Assembly: GCA_011364905.1 (NCBI GenBank)
Contig: RDNZ01000005.1
Span: 1 to 64,000, forward strand
DNA: 64,000 bases
DNA from: Candidatus Thorarchaeota archaeon
Lineage (GTDB): Archaea; Asgardarchaeota; Thorarchaeia; Thorarchaeales; Thorarchaeaceae
Direction of reading: 5' to 3'
Shown here: piece after piece, positions 26,838 to 38,046 of the stretch
Position numbering within the stretch: the stretch's first letter is position 1
Layout of the letters: each line of letters starts with the position of its first letter
Notes under the pieces: model-generated
Database searches by the model: none
What the model was told of the DNA's origin: nothing
Seen by the model: the letters and a program-made list of their open reading frames with translations, nothing else
Made by a program: the position numbers and the translations under genes

Positions 26838-28640
26838 CTATTCATGGTGCTTTCTTTCGCTTATCAGAACAAGAATAGCACAAACAATAACAATCGAGTA
26901 TACTATGAATGCGGCATATTGTAATGTTTGATTTTGTGAAACGGGTGTGGAAGCGGCAGAAGTGTTGTCAAGGTTTGGTAGTGTTGGTGGTGGGAGCCAA
27001 TGATACCTTGGATTTGTGGTCAGTTCATAGTACCTTCCATCTTCGAAGTCTGTTAACAAGAAAGCTCCGCAAGTAACATGAGGTTCATCCGGATTAAAGA
27101 CAGGATTCCAAGTATTCCAACCTGAATAACCAATTTCTGTGAAAGTGTGTTCTGGAATTATGTATTCATAGGCAATTTTGTTGAAATGCCAATACGACTC
27201 AGAATCGAACTCAAAGACCACACGATATGTTGATGGCGCATATACAGAAACAAGATCACTCAAGGAATCTGCGGCTGGATTTCCATAAGCTTTGCTTCCT
27301 AGTTGGTATGTGAATGTGAACGCGATGTCATCGGCAGTCAGCATCCAGCCATCTGACCATGTGGCATTTTGTAGGATGTCAAAGGTAAAGCGCATATGGC
27401 CATCAGGGATTAACGAGTTGTTGCTATGGGTTTCAACAAGCATAGATTCTGCTAGGTCTGGAATTGGGTTCATGTTGGGATCATGTGAATAGAGGGATGA
27501 GTAGAGATTCTCAAGAATCAAGTGTGAATAGGATGAAGACGCGGTGTAGATATTGAATCTGTCCGGTTCCCCGCTAATTGCGATATCGAATAAGCCACCA
27601 TAAGACCCATCGATTTCATGAATTCTTCTCAGAGTCCATGGACCTGAGAAACATCGGCATTGGTCCTCAACATAACCTTGGAACTGGTCATTCCTAACTG
27701 CTTCAAAATAGTTATCCTGACATACAACCAATCGTGGAACATTATAGTGTAGATTCTTCTGAATCTCAGTCGAAGCCTCAAAAACCTCTTGGTATGTTTT
27801 CCCATCATGATATTTATCGATCCAGTATGAAAACGTATCATTTCGATAATTAGAGAATTGGAGAAGATTCTCCCAGACTATAGTGTTGTATCCAAAATTC
27901 AAATCCCATACCACCATATCATTAAAAATCTGTGGACTGGGCCATGGATCCAATGAATCATACCAATCATTATTGACATTCAGCGAATCAAGAGCTTCAC
28001 AAGCAAGTTGCGAGATTTTCCCAGCTATGGCTGGACTTGAAGGGGAGTAGTACCCTCTGACAGTAAATGGTTCGCCATTCGGTGCATCTCTGAATCCTGT
28101 TGTCGTATTGAATGCAAATCCAAGTTCATCCAAGAGTGAATTACCTCTCTCTATGTCAGCCTCATAGTAATGATACTCAAGAAAATCTTCTGCACACCAC
28201 CTATTCGTCGATGGAACCACTGAATCATGCAGTGTTGCATGACCTTCGTACACGTAGTCTATAGCTTTAGTTTTGTTGAAAGCAAAAGCAAAAGCCCGTC
28301 TAAAGCCACTGATGTTTAGTGGATATTCACTGCAATTAATGGTTATACCAATATTCCCATTTCTTGGACATTCTAATATGTCAATATCCGGATCAGCATC
28401 TAATGTCGAGAGTTGTGAGTAGGTGATACTACCAATATCAACCGCTCCACTTTGAAGAGCAAGGACATGTTGGTTATATCCGACAGTTACTTTGTAGACT
28501 GCCCTGTCGATAAATGGCCCATAACGGATATCTTCAGGAATATCTATAGAATCAACAAGAGGAATTTGAAGAAGGATGATTAGAAAAATGCAGCACAGAG
28601 ATAATGCACTCTTTGACCTCCTCAAAACAATCCACCCCAT
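26838..28640 (-). CDS. Family 5 (peptide/nickel) ABC substrate-binding protein, circularly permuted, C-terminal TM anchor
   Basis: FRRAFAFA block precedes PDLAES, WSDG..TADD and NP.Y.W; signal peptide and C-terminal TM. Confidence 0.85.
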   Translation of the reverse strand: MGWIVLRRSKSALSLCCIFLIILLQIPLVDSIDIPEDIRYGPFIDRAVYKVTVGYNQHVLALQSGAVDIGSITYSQLSTLDADPDIDILECPRNGNIGITINCSEYPLNISGFRRAFAFAFNKTKAIDYVYEGHATLHDSVVPSTNRWCAEDFLEYHYYEADIERGNSLLDELGFAFNTTTGFRDAPNGEPFTVRGYYSPSSPAIAGKISQLACEALDSLNVNNDWYDSLDPWPSPQIFNDMVVWDLNFGYNTIVWENLLQFSNYRNDTFSYWIDKYHDGKTYQEVFEASTEIQKNLHYNVPRLVVCQDNYFEAVRNDQFQGYVEDQCRCFSGPWTLRRIHEIDGSYGGLFDIAISGEPDRFNIYTASSSYSHLILENLYSSLYSHDPNMNPIPDLAESMLVETHSNNSLIPDGHMRFTFDILQNATWSDGWMLTADDIAFTFTYQLGSKAYGNPAADSLSDLVSVYAPSTYRVVFEFDSESYWHFNKIAYEYIIPEHTFTEIGYSGWNTWNPVFNPDEPHVTCGAFLLTDFEDGRYYELTTNPRYHWLPPPTLPNLDNTSAASTPVSQNQTLQYAAFIVYSIVIVCAILVLISERKHHE

Positions 28641-28692
28641 AGTACTAGTAGAGGATTGACTTTATTATTTCGGTTCAACCAATGAAATCATT

Positions 28693-30006
28693 TCATTGAG
28701 TGGACAGGCGTCGCAGATCACCAGCAGGCAGATCTCGATCTAACTTTTGAGCCACTTCAATGTTAAGATTGGCAACAACCTCGATGTGCTCTCCAGTGTA
28801 GTTTTCGCTTATGATATCACCCTCCTCATGAAGCCAGGATAGAAGTGACATTCCCTCATTACCGTATGGGAGTTTGATCTCATATCTATGGAGACGTGGA
28901 AGCTGTTCCATAATCGCTTCAACTAGGAGATTGAGATTCATCATATAATGTGCAGATATGGGAACGACTTTCAAGAGTGTGTCAGGAAGCGCATTGACTC
29001 TTTGCTCAATTTCTTCACCACTAAGAAGATCAATCTTGTTGAGTGCTGTTACAATAGGAATACCATTTGCTCCAATCTCATTGAACGTGTCTAGACATGC
29101 TTTTACCTTTCGTTCCATTTCTTCAACACTGTCAGAAGCATCGACTACTAGTATGACAACATCAGCGTCTGCAACCTCCATGAGTGTAGTGTTGAAAGCT
29201 TGAAGAAGAGGTTCAGGTAAATCACTAATGAAACCCACTGAGTCCGACAAAACAACACGACGACCAGGTAGGTTCAGTTCGCTAGCCTTTGTAGAAAGAG
29301 TTGTGAATAGTCCATCAGCGACTTTTGCCTCTGAACCTGTAAGCGCTCTATGTAGGGTGCTCTTGCCTGCATTCGTGTACCCAGCTATTGTGAGCTCAAT
29401 GAACCCCTCATGAACCCGCTTCTTCTTTTTGATTTTTTGTTCGGTTGTGATTTTCTTGAGCTTGTCATTTATTGTCGCCAGTCGTTTCCGAATTTGCTTC
29501 ATTCGCAGGTTAAGCAAATCCTCTCCAGCACCAATCTGCTCGGCTATTGGACGATCTCCAGTATGCTCTTTCTGAAGTCTCATTCTTATCTGGTGACGTT
29601 CAAAGGGCAATTCGTACCTTAATCGAGCCTGTTCAATTTGAAGTATAGCTTGCGGGCTTTTTGCATGTCTATCAAAGATTTCGAGGATGACTTGTGTTCT
29701 GTCACGAACCTCAATTTCCCAGAGTTCCATCAGTCTGAAAACCTGACCTGAAGAAAGGTGGGGGGAGAAGAGTACAAACTCAGGTTCGTTCACTTCTATC
29801 CATGTCTTGATTTCCTCAGCTTTTCCTGAACGGAGGTTATACTTCGCAACAGGAGGACTCACAATATCGAAAGACCCTATCACATCATATGAAGCTGTTT
29901 TTGCCAAAGCCTTAAACTCACTAAGAAGATCGGGTTCTAGATGAAACCTCCGCTGTACAAGTAAAGCTGTTGCTTCGACCATCAGGAGGTCAGAAAGAAG
30001 ATTCAT
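28693..30006 (-). CDS. hflX: GTPase HflX (start possibly 29982)
   Basis: DRT.VILEIF..HA, GYTNAGKS, LFTTL, DSVGFI, NKID. Confidence 0.93.
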   Translation of the reverse strand: MNLLSDLLMVEATALLVQRRFHLEPDLLSEFKALAKTASYDVIGSFDIVSPPVAKYNLRSGKAEEIKTWIEVNEPEFVLFSPHLSSGQVFRLMELWEIEVRDRTQVILEIFDRHAKSPQAILQIEQARLRYELPFERHQIRMRLQKEHTGDRPIAEQIGAGEDLLNLRMKQIRKRLATINDKLKKITTEQKIKKKKRVHEGFIELTIAGYTNAGKSTLHRALTGSEAKVADGLFTTLSTKASELNLPGRRVVLSDSVGFISDLPEPLLQAFNTTLMEVADADVVILVVDASDSVEEMERKVKACLDTFNEIGANGIPIVTALNKIDLLSGEEIEQRVNALPDTLLKVVPISAHYMMNLNLLVEAIMEQLPRLHRYEIKLPYGNEGMSLLSWLHEEGDIISENYTGEHIEVVANLNIEVAQKLDRDLPAGDLRRLSTQ

Positions 30007-30071
30007 CTTAAAGAGTTTGATTTATGTCACACGGAAAGATTCTTGGCTAGATGAATGTGTGACCGAGTAGA

Positions 30072-32111
30072 ATGCATATGACTCAATTTGAGATTCGAGC
30101 AAAGGATGGTCTGGCACGCCTAGGCAGATTCACAACAAATCACGGAACAGTAAAAACGCCCTTGCTCATGCCTGTGGTCCATCCAGGAAAATCTGCTATT
30201 CCAGCCCAGGCACTAATTGATGAGTATGGATTCCAGATGGTCATCACCAATTCGTACATTATCAACTCTCACGAACGATTTAGAGCAAAAGCCCTGTCGG
30301 ATGGATTACACAGTCTGCTTGGCTTTGATGGTCCAATCATGACAGACTCCGGGACATTCCAGATGTATTTTCATAATCTTCCTGAAAAGGAAATCGAACC
30401 AGTAGAGATAGTTGAGTTTCAACGAGATATTGGAAGTGATATTGGTACAATTCTTGATGTCTTCTCAGACCCTGATGTTGGGAAGGATAAGGTAAAGGAG
30501 GATGTCCAAAAGTCATTTGACAGAGCGAAGATTTCAATCGACAAGAAGGGAGAGATGTTTCTTGCAGGCACAGTTCAAGGAGGCATTTACACTGACCTGA
30601 GAGAGGCCGCAGCAAAATCCCTTGCCAGCTTGGACTTCGATGTGCATCCCATTGGGGGAGTCGTGCCGCTTATGGAACGGTATAGGTTTTCGGATATTGT
30701 GAGAATCACGTTGGCAGCGAAAAAGCATCTTCCTCCAGACCGTCCCGTTCATCTCTTTGGCTGTGGTCACCCCATGCTCTTCGCACAGGCGGCTTTGCTT
30801 GGATGTGACTTCTTTGACTCCGCGTCTTATGCAAAATTCGCTGAGTCCGGAAGGATGCTTCTGTCAACAGGAACTGTGCACCTAAATGAGTTAGATGAGC
30901 TTCCGTGTAGTTGTCCTGTCTGCAGCGCGACATCAGCTGATGAATTAAAAAGCGCAAAGAAAGAGGAACGCGAACTAGAGCTCATGAAACACAATTTGTT
31001 TGTGAGTGCAGCTGAGATACGCCGTGTGCGTCAAGCAATCTCGGAGGGCAAGTTATTCGAGTTGGCGGCGTATAGAGCCAGAGGTCATCCAGCGCTCTAT
31101 GAAGCACTGCAAGCGGTGGTGAAAGAAGCTCAACAACTCGAAAAAAGCGACCCAGTTGGCAAGACCGGATCGATATTCTATACTGGACCTGAAACCACGT
31201 GGAGACCAGAGATTACTGGATTCCACTCTCGTCTTATCGCACGATACCCCTACAAGAAAACAATGACTCTACTGCTCGTGTCTGACTCTGGCCTCAGACC
31301 ATTCTATGACACCTTTGAGGTTGTCATCAAGGAGGTCAGGAAAAGATCAGCTGATGACTTGCTTCTTCTGTTTGTAACACCACTGGGTGTTGTGCCATGG
31401 GAACTAGAACATGTTCATCCAGCCCAGCAATGCCTCTTTCCAGAATCATTAGATCCAGAAACGCTGGAAGCTGTCGAAAAAAGAACAAGAAACGTTCTTG
31501 AGATGCTCTCATTTCAAGACGCAGTTTGGTTCAAACGAAACTCAAACGTGGACTCTGCAGTTGCAAGGTTACAGAAGGAGTATCAACTTGATACTGTTAC
31601 TTCCGCTTCTGAAGTAGTCAGTCATCTCCCTTCCGAAAAGGAGAACGTTTCATGGATGAGAAGAAAATTGCGAGCTCTCTTTATCCATCAATGGGGCAAA
31701 AATGCAGGTGAAGTCGCAGATCTTGAAAACTTGGAGATTGTGCTTTCCAAGAACACTGGCAAAATCAAGCATGTCAAACTAGATGATGGGATTCTATTCA
31801 CCATTGTACCAACCACAGGACTAATCACACCAACCCTACGAGGAGGCAAAGAGCTCCTGCGCGTCGGGATTGATGACACTTACAAGGTAATTATGGATTC
31901 TGAGGTCTCACAATTTGTATCCTCTGGAAAATCGGCGCTTGCGAAGTTTGTGAAACACGCAGATAGGAATCTGAAGGCGGGGGAGGAAGTAGTGGTCTTG
32001 GATGAAGCCAAAAACCTACTAGGAACTGGCAGATCCGTCTTAAGTGGTGAAGAGATGATTGCCTTTAATCGTGGCGTCGCAGTCATGATTAGGCATTCGA
32101 GGAAGCCCTAG
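30072..32111 (+). CDS. tgtA: Archaeosine tRNA-guanine transglycosylase with PUA domain
   Basis: TDSGTFQ, IGGVVPLME, HLFG.GHP, DSASY, CSCPVC..HNL, C-terminal PUA. Confidence 0.93.
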   Translation: MHMTQFEIRAKDGLARLGRFTTNHGTVKTPLLMPVVHPGKSAIPAQALIDEYGFQMVITNSYIINSHERFRAKALSDGLHSLLGFDGPIMTDSGTFQMYFHNLPEKEIEPVEIVEFQRDIGSDIGTILDVFSDPDVGKDKVKEDVQKSFDRAKISIDKKGEMFLAGTVQGGIYTDLREAAAKSLASLDFDVHPIGGVVPLMERYRFSDIVRITLAAKKHLPPDRPVHLFGCGHPMLFAQAALLGCDFFDSASYAKFAESGRMLLSTGTVHLNELDELPCSCPVCSATSADELKSAKKEERELELMKHNLFVSAAEIRRVRQAISEGKLFELAAYRARGHPALYEALQAVVKEAQQLEKSDPVGKTGSIFYTGPETTWRPEITGFHSRLIARYPYKKTMTLLLVSDSGLRPFYDTFEVVIKEVRKRSADDLLLLFVTPLGVVPWELEHVHPAQQCLFPESLDPETLEAVEKRTRNVLEMLSFQDAVWFKRNSNVDSAVARLQKEYQLDTVTSASEVVSHLPSEKENVSWMRRKLRALFIHQWGKNAGEVADLENLEIVLSKNTGKIKHVKLDDGILFTIVPTTGLITPTLRGGKELLRVGIDDTYKVIMDSEVSQFVSSGKSALAKFVKHADRNLKAGEEVVVLDEAKNLLGTGRSVLSGEEMIAFNRGVAVMIRHSRKP

Positions 32112-33249
32112 ATGGAGCAGGTGCAAGTGCCAGCGGATGGCCTGGGACCTTTCTAAGAGCATCGACCCCACCAATTGGTAGGATCATCACCTCATCTTGT
32201 GGTGCAAAAAGATGAATATCATCGCCTTCTGTCACTCCAGAATCAGGATCAAGTAAAGCTTCAGCTGAAATGTCTCCAATTCGGAAATAGGCTTCGAGGG
32301 CATTTCCGACGTAGATGGTCCTTGTAACGGTGCCTATAATTTCGTTATCTGTGGCATTTTCCTGCACAGAATGTAGGTCTTCGGGTCTTATTGCCACCTT
32401 CACCTTCTCACCTGACTCAAAGGGGTAATCATTAATTGTTGTCCGTCCAACTACTAACTGATTGTGTGGTATCCGTGCGGTCAGGGTTTCACCAACATCT
32501 TCAATGGTTCCATCGATAAAGGTGCACTGACCAATAAAATCTGCAACGAATACTGTTTGCGGATTGGCGTAAATTTCACGCGGAGTGTCAAACTGCTGAA
32601 CGTAGCCATGGTCCATGACTGCAACCTTATCAGAGATACTTAATGCTTCATGTTGGTCGTGTGTGACATAGACAGTTGTTATCGACAACTCTTTCTGGAT
32701 TCTGATGATTTCTTCCCTCATATCAATCCTGAGCTTGGCATCAAGGTTTGAAAGAGGTTCATCCAATAACAAGACATCTGGTTCTATGGCAAGAGCTCTT
32801 GCCAGCGCGACGCGTTGTTGCTGACCACCTGAGAGCTGGTGGATATGACGACCAGCTAGCTCGCCCATCCGAACCATCTCAAGTGATTCGTTCACTCGTC
32901 TTGAGATAGCGCCCTTAGTGTATTTCATCCCACTGACACGTTTTAGCTTCAGTCCGTATGCAACGTTGTCAGCAACCGACATGTGCGGCCAGAGTGCATA
33001 GTTCTGAAAGCACATTCCAGTGTTTCTCTTGTACGGAGGAATCATTGTCACATCTCTATCATCGAAAAATACCTTTCCATGATCAGGAACGTAAAATCCA
33101 GCAATGATTCGTAGTAAGGTTGTTTTTCCGCAACCAGATGGACCCAGCAGAGTTGAGAGTTCACCCTCTTCCAAGACCATGGTCACTTCATCGGTCGCCA
33201 CAACATCACCGAATGTTTTGCGCAAGTTCTCTAATACAATCTCGACCAT
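32089..33249 (-). CDS. ABC transporter ATP-binding subunit (FbpC/PotA type)
   Basis: GPSGCGKT, LSGGQQQR, DEPLSNLD, TOBE tail. Confidence 0.93.
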   Translation of the reverse strand: MVEIVLENLRKTFGDVVATDEVTMVLEEGELSTLLGPSGCGKTTLLRIIAGFYVPDHGKVFFDDRDVTMIPPYKRNTGMCFQNYALWPHMSVADNVAYGLKLKRVSGMKYTKGAISRRVNESLEMVRMGELAGRHIHQLSGGQQQRVALARALAIEPDVLLLDEPLSNLDAKLRIDMREEIIRIQKELSITTVYVTHDQHEALSISDKVAVMDHGYVQQFDTPREIYANPQTVFVADFIGQCTFIDGTIEDVGETLTARIPHNQLVVGRTTINDYPFESGEKVKVAIRPEDLHSVQENATDNEIIGTVTRTIYVGNALEAYFRIGDISAEALLDPDSGVTEGDDIHLFAPQDEVMILPIGGVDALRKVPGHPLALAPAPSRASSNA

Positions 33250-33258
33250 CTAATCACC

Positions 33259-35313
33259 TCATATTCCAGTCATGGCTGAAGATCGCGCACCTAGAATCTT
33301 GTTAGTAATAGTGATGACTGTCATTTGCATTGCCATCATTAAAACTCCCAAACAAGCCGCGCTATTTGCAGCCGAATAGCTTGCTGAGTGAGATTCAAGA
33401 ACTTCTTTGGTCCAAAAAGTCATTGGAGCTTGTTCAGGACCTAGACTTCCTAATATCAGACTCGTACTCACCTCGCTAACCGAGTAAACAAATGATAAGA
33501 GGGAACCAGCAAGCACACTAACACCTATCAATGGTAAAGTGATTTTTGCAAATGTTTGATTCTTGCTGGCGCCCAGATTTTGAGATGCTTCTTCAAGCAC
33601 TACAGGCGTTGATACCAGCCCGGCATAGGCTGCTCTAACAGTGAAGGGGAATTTCCGAACAGTATATGACATTATTATTAGGAACGCTGGACCATCCAAA
33701 GGGAAGAAAGGAGTCCGGAAATACATAATGAAATATCCCGTAGCAATGACAATACCCGGAAGAGCAATCGGAGATGTCACAAGCAAGTCGAAGGAGGTCT
33801 TCCCTGGAATATCACGACGCGCAATGATATATGCCGCACTGGCTCCAAGAAGAACAATGAAAACAGTGGCAATCGCGCCATAGATTAAGGTAAATATTAT
33901 CGACCTCGTGACTGCGGGATACGTAGTGAATATGGAGTAGTTCTCTAGGGTCCAAGTGTTAGGCAAAGGTGAAGTGGTTGACCAAATGCCGGCGAATGAT
34001 AGAATTATGACGCTAATCTGGGGAATCAGAGCTAAAAACAACAGGGGAAGCAACAATATGTATAGCAGTAGTGTTGTACGTTTCGAGAGTTTACGAGTTC
34101 GAGGATTCCATTGACCGCCCTTAGTACCGGATTCGTATGATCTCACTCCAGCGTATTTTCGAATTGCCAAGAAACCTAGAAGCGCAAATAAAAGCAGAAT
34201 CATTCCGATAGCAGGTCCTTTAGGATCTATTCCTAGAGCTCCAGATCTGAAAGAATCGAAGACTTGGAAAGCAAGGGTGTTTTTGGCCTGTGGATCCTCT
34301 TGAAATACAATTGGAGTGCCTAAGTCTTCAATGCTGAGAATAAATGTCAGAATGGATCCAGCCTGGATTCCGGGCATTGCTAGAGGGAGGGTGATAGAAC
34401 GAAACAGCCTCGATCCTTTTGCACCCAGATTCTCTGCCTGTTCCTCTAAGGATGGGTCGATTGACATGAAAGAGGAATAGGCGTTGAGATAGACAAGCGA
34501 AAAGAGTGACAATGACTGCACAAAGATAATAGCAGCGAGACCCTTGATTTGTATCTGCATAGGAAAGATATGCAACGTGTCGTAGAATAGATTGTTAATA
34601 AAACCATTAAGACCGAGAAACGACTTGATTCCAATCGCGCCTATAAAAGGTGTAGCAAGAAGCGGGAATATCAGAATTGTTCGGATCACTGATTTTCCAA
34701 AGAACTCGTATCGCGCAACAATGAAAGCCAAGAAGACTCCAAGTAAAACCGAGAATCCGGTAACAATAATCGCTACATATATCGAGTTTATTACTGCACC
34801 GAGGTCCCAGCCCTGAATCACAACAGTCTGGCCAATAATCACCGTTCTGAGATCACCAAAGAAGTGCCAAGTTTTCGTGCCAATATCAAAGTACCATGGC
34901 CAGATGGTGGGATCCTGAAACAGTTGTGCAAAATGATATAATGAAGGCAAACCTGTGCTAGGGTCTGTAAAGGAGTATACTACCACGCTGATTAAAGGCA
35001 AAACAAGAAAGAGAGTGAACGTGATGAGAACGGCTGCCAATTGGATGGAGGTGAGTGTATCCAACTCTCGACGAAGCTTTTTCAATCCGCCTCGAAATCG
35101 ATCCCCAGGGTTTTGCAAGAAATCGCTAACACCATCTAGACGCCGCCCCGTCCAGGGTCCAATCCCTCGAATTCTGCCAATAAGACCATTCTTGAGTCTT
35201 CTTGGAAACGCTCTAATGGTCAGTTCAAGATTATATTGAAACGAATCAGGAACTAACTCGTCTTGTTCAATTGGCACCTCTTCTACCATTTCGTCAGCGG
35301 TGTCATCGTCCAT
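33259..35313 (-). CDS. ABC permease, fused double domain (FbpB type)
   Basis: Two EAA-like loops (LEEQAENLGA, LEEASQNLGA), many TM helices. Confidence 0.92.
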   Translation of the reverse strand: MDDDTADEMVEEVPIEQDELVPDSFQYNLELTIRAFPRRLKNGLIGRIRGIGPWTGRRLDGVSDFLQNPGDRFRGGLKKLRRELDTLTSIQLAAVLITFTLFLVLPLISVVVYSFTDPSTGLPSLYHFAQLFQDPTIWPWYFDIGTKTWHFFGDLRTVIIGQTVVIQGWDLGAVINSIYVAIIVTGFSVLLGVFLAFIVARYEFFGKSVIRTILIFPLLATPFIGAIGIKSFLGLNGFINNLFYDTLHIFPMQIQIKGLAAIIFVQSLSLFSLVYLNAYSSFMSIDPSLEEQAENLGAKGSRLFRSITLPLAMPGIQAGSILTFILSIEDLGTPIVFQEDPQAKNTLAFQVFDSFRSGALGIDPKGPAIGMILLLFALLGFLAIRKYAGVRSYESGTKGGQWNPRTRKLSKRTTLLLYILLLPLLFLALIPQISVIILSFAGIWSTTSPLPNTWTLENYSIFTTYPAVTRSIIFTLIYGAIATVFIVLLGASAAYIIARRDIPGKTSFDLLVTSPIALPGIVIATGYFIMYFRTPFFPLDGPAFLIIMSYTVRKFPFTVRAAYAGLVSTPVVLEEASQNLGASKNQTFAKITLPLIGVSVLAGSLLSFVYSVSEVSTSLILGSLGPEQAPMTFWTKEVLESHSASYSAANSAACLGVLMMAMQMTVITITNKILGARSSAMTGI

Positions 35314-35334
35314 CTCTCTTTCCTCAAGTGCGGA

Positions 35335-36804
35335 CTACGTTTCTGCTTCAACCTGTGCTTGGATATTTGCATACTGTATATTGGCGGCCGCTGTCCACCG
35401 TGATTGAACACTATTAGCATACGCCGAATCGTAAATCATGTCGTTATTAATAGCGGTAGCGTACGCAGGAGTAAACGTTTCCATAGTGGAAGTCTTTGGA
35501 TCCTGAATGGTCATCATCTGACTCATAAGACTTGCATAGCTGTCCAACTCAGCGGCATTAATTCGACCTTCATGATAGGCAGTATAGATTGCGTACCAGC
35601 AGTTCACAAGCGCAGTATGAGCGTCCGTAAGCACAGACTCCCAATATTTGATGAATGCTCTGTTCATCTGCAGTGACATTGTGTCGTTGAAATCAATGCC
35701 TACCGTGTCAATTGTCTGATTGAAGGCGGTATAGAGATCTTCAACTCCTACAGCAGTGGGTTCATCAAAGGCGCATCTCATGACAGGCATTCTACGAATG
35801 TTATTGTTAAGCCAAAGAGACTGGCCATAGCAGCTAAGAATGAAGTCTACGAAGGCTTCAGCCGCGGCTTCCTGCTGAGTGTTGGCTGCAATAGCTATTG
35901 GATCACCATTCACGATTGATTGACCTTCCGGTACAAAATACTGACAGTCCGGATTTCTTGCCTGAGAAAGGTATCCGTAGAAGTCAATAGACATGGAAAT
36001 ACCAACCTCTCCAGTTTCTACGGCGTTTTGTGTTTCCACAGATCCGCTGTAGATACCTGCACTCCCCGCCATTCGGGACATAGTTGTCCAGCCTTCTTGC
36101 CAGCCAAGTGCTTGAGTAATAATCTCGTATATACGCGTGTTTGATGTCGTACCGGGAGCATTACCCATAGAAATTGTTGGGACTGTAGGCAGAAGAGAAG
36201 CGTAAACTGGATCAGCAAGGTCCGTCCAAGTACTGGGAGTGGGAAGTGAATAGGTGTCTAGAAAGGCATTATTAACAGTAAAGCCGAAGGTTGATATTGC
36301 TGCTGCAATCCACACGAGTTCGTCAGCAGTATTGTTTCGCTTCATATCAACTCCTGCGATAGTATCATTGACTCGAGCTGCCACAGTCTGCATCCTGGGG
36401 CTAGTAAGTGGATACAGTAGGCTATCCCTCATCAACTGATCGAACAAAGTCGGGCCGCCGCCCCAACAGACATCGATTGTTCCTTCATTAATCAAGTCAT
36501 CCCAGAATTCCTCGGCAGGGGCTCTGAACTTCAAATCAACAATATTGGCATCATGAGCGATATCACTAGCCAAGAATGCCGATTTGAAAACATTTTGAAT
36601 AGATATATCATGTCGTGTTAAAATGGTGAGGGTGATTCCGCTACTTGTTGTGGTAGTTGTGGTTCCGGTCGTTGTATTATTGGGACCGAATCCGCCTCCT
36701 AAGTAGAATATTGAAACACCAGCAACACCGATTATCACGATTACTATAACAGCACTAAGCATAGTTCTAGTTCTTCCAGCTGTTTCAAAATCACTCATTT
36801 GCAC
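35335..36804 (-). CDS. ABC substrate-binding protein (Fe3+/thiamine/phosphoester-like class)
   Basis: N-terminal TM, Thr linker, DVCWGGG, P.TW.DL, SNTRIYE, GDPIAI. Confidence 0.88.
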   Translation of the reverse strand: MQMSDFETAGRTRTMLSAVIVIVIIGVAGVSIFYLGGGFGPNNTTTGTTTTTTSSGITLTILTRHDISIQNVFKSAFLASDIAHDANIVDLKFRAPAEEFWDDLINEGTIDVCWGGGPTLFDQLMRDSLLYPLTSPRMQTVAARVNDTIAGVDMKRNNTADELVWIAAAISTFGFTVNNAFLDTYSLPTPSTWTDLADPVYASLLPTVPTISMGNAPGTTSNTRIYEIITQALGWQEGWTTMSRMAGSAGIYSGSVETQNAVETGEVGISMSIDFYGYLSQARNPDCQYFVPEGQSIVNGDPIAIAANTQQEAAAEAFVDFILSCYGQSLWLNNNIRRMPVMRCAFDEPTAVGVEDLYTAFNQTIDTVGIDFNDTMSLQMNRAFIKYWESVLTDAHTALVNCWYAIYTAYHEGRINAAELDSYASLMSQMMTIQDPKTSTMETFTPAYATAINNDMIYDSAYANSVQSRWTAAANIQYANIQAQVEAET

Positions 36805-36997
36805 ACCTCTTGGATTATTGAGTATCTAGTTGAGTCATGAGAGAGTAGATTGCAGTAATTAAGGTTTGTCACTCACGAGAAGATTGCGTACTCCAAACAT
36901 TTCATAGAACCTCTTGCAATTCGAAGTGTTCATATAGGGAGAGATTCTGCAATATGACTAAGCTGCTATCTTTTATAGATAGGAGAGGAACCTGAAA

Positions 36998-38035
36998 ATG
37001 AAAAACATCAACGGAAGACAAGCAGCATCACTTTTTGTGATTGCAGCTTTATTCGCATCCTTTCTTGCGTTTTCATCTGCGACTCCGGTCGCCGCAGCTT
37101 CTGGAACAATCGTCTTTGATTATTCCCATGGGCAAGCACCTTCGTTTGAGGAGGTCATAGCCTATGATGCACAGCTAGGAGCAAATCTGACGGCCATGGG
37201 TTATACTGTAGTGTGGGCGCGAGGAGGAATTAATGCATCAATCCTGAGCGGAGCTACGGGCTTGGTTATGGGTTCGTGCTATGGAGCCAATAACGGATAC
37301 ACGGCCGGGGAAATATCAGCAATAGGTGACTGGTTTAATGCTGGTAATAAGTTCCTATGGGTCGGCTATGACAGCGATTACACTTCCCTTCCCGATGCGG
37401 GTCAATGGATTGACAACAACATGACACTCATTCTAGAAGCAGTCCATTCAGATGTCTATGGTGAACCGACAGCAGTCGAGGATCCGGTGAATAATGGAGG
37501 CTCTGGATACCGTGTGGTTGCAAACAAAACGAGCACCAATCCATACGTCGCAGACATCGTTAGTGGAGTCACAGAAGTTCTTATGCATGGACCTACCTGT
37601 CTCTACGGCGCTAGTGGTAGTTCTATGGCATCTCCTGTAGCATTGGAAACAACAACAGTGACTGATGTCTACCCGATTCTATACACGGGTGGAAACGGTA
37701 CTATCAATGACGGCGATGCTACCGACCCAATCGTTCATACTAACGGACAGCAGGGAAGTTTCGTCATGATGGCGATGCAGATCAATGCCGGTGATGCTGG
37801 AACTGGAAACCTCATGGTATCCGGTGCCTCACCATATGGTGACTATCAGCCAATGTACGCCAGCTATTACAATAAGGTATTGGACGGCTACAACTTAGTA
37901 AAGCAAGCAATAGACTTTGGTATGCAAGCAGTCCAACCCGCAGGTGCGCCAATTAATTGGATACTAATAGCAGGTGTTGGCGGTGCTGCAGTCGTAGTAA
38001 TCATCATCGTTGTCTATTTCGTAAGGAAACGATAA
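36998..38035 (+). CDS. Surface-anchored GIFT/DUF4350-like domain protein
   Basis: Signal peptide, IVFDYSHGQ, C-terminal TM plus RKR. Confidence 0.7.
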   Translation: MKNINGRQAASLFVIAALFASFLAFSSATPVAAASGTIVFDYSHGQAPSFEEVIAYDAQLGANLTAMGYTVVWARGGINASILSGATGLVMGSCYGANNGYTAGEISAIGDWFNAGNKFLWVGYDSDYTSLPDAGQWIDNNMTLILEAVHSDVYGEPTAVEDPVNNGGSGYRVVANKTSTNPYVADIVSGVTEVLMHGPTCLYGASGSSMASPVALETTTVTDVYPILYTGGNGTINDGDATDPIVHTNGQQGSFVMMAMQINAGDAGTGNLMVSGASPYGDYQPMYASYYNKVLDGYNLVKQAIDFGMQAVQPAGAPINWILIAGVGGAAVVVIIIVVYFVRKR

Positions 38036-38046
38036 GTCAATATCGA

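Noticed and set aside
35311-35337. In-frame TAG between SBP and permease genes (possible pyrrolysine read-through)
   Set aside because: In-frame adjacency is expected one time in three, the permease has its own purine-rich RBS and ATG, and the fusion topology is implausible
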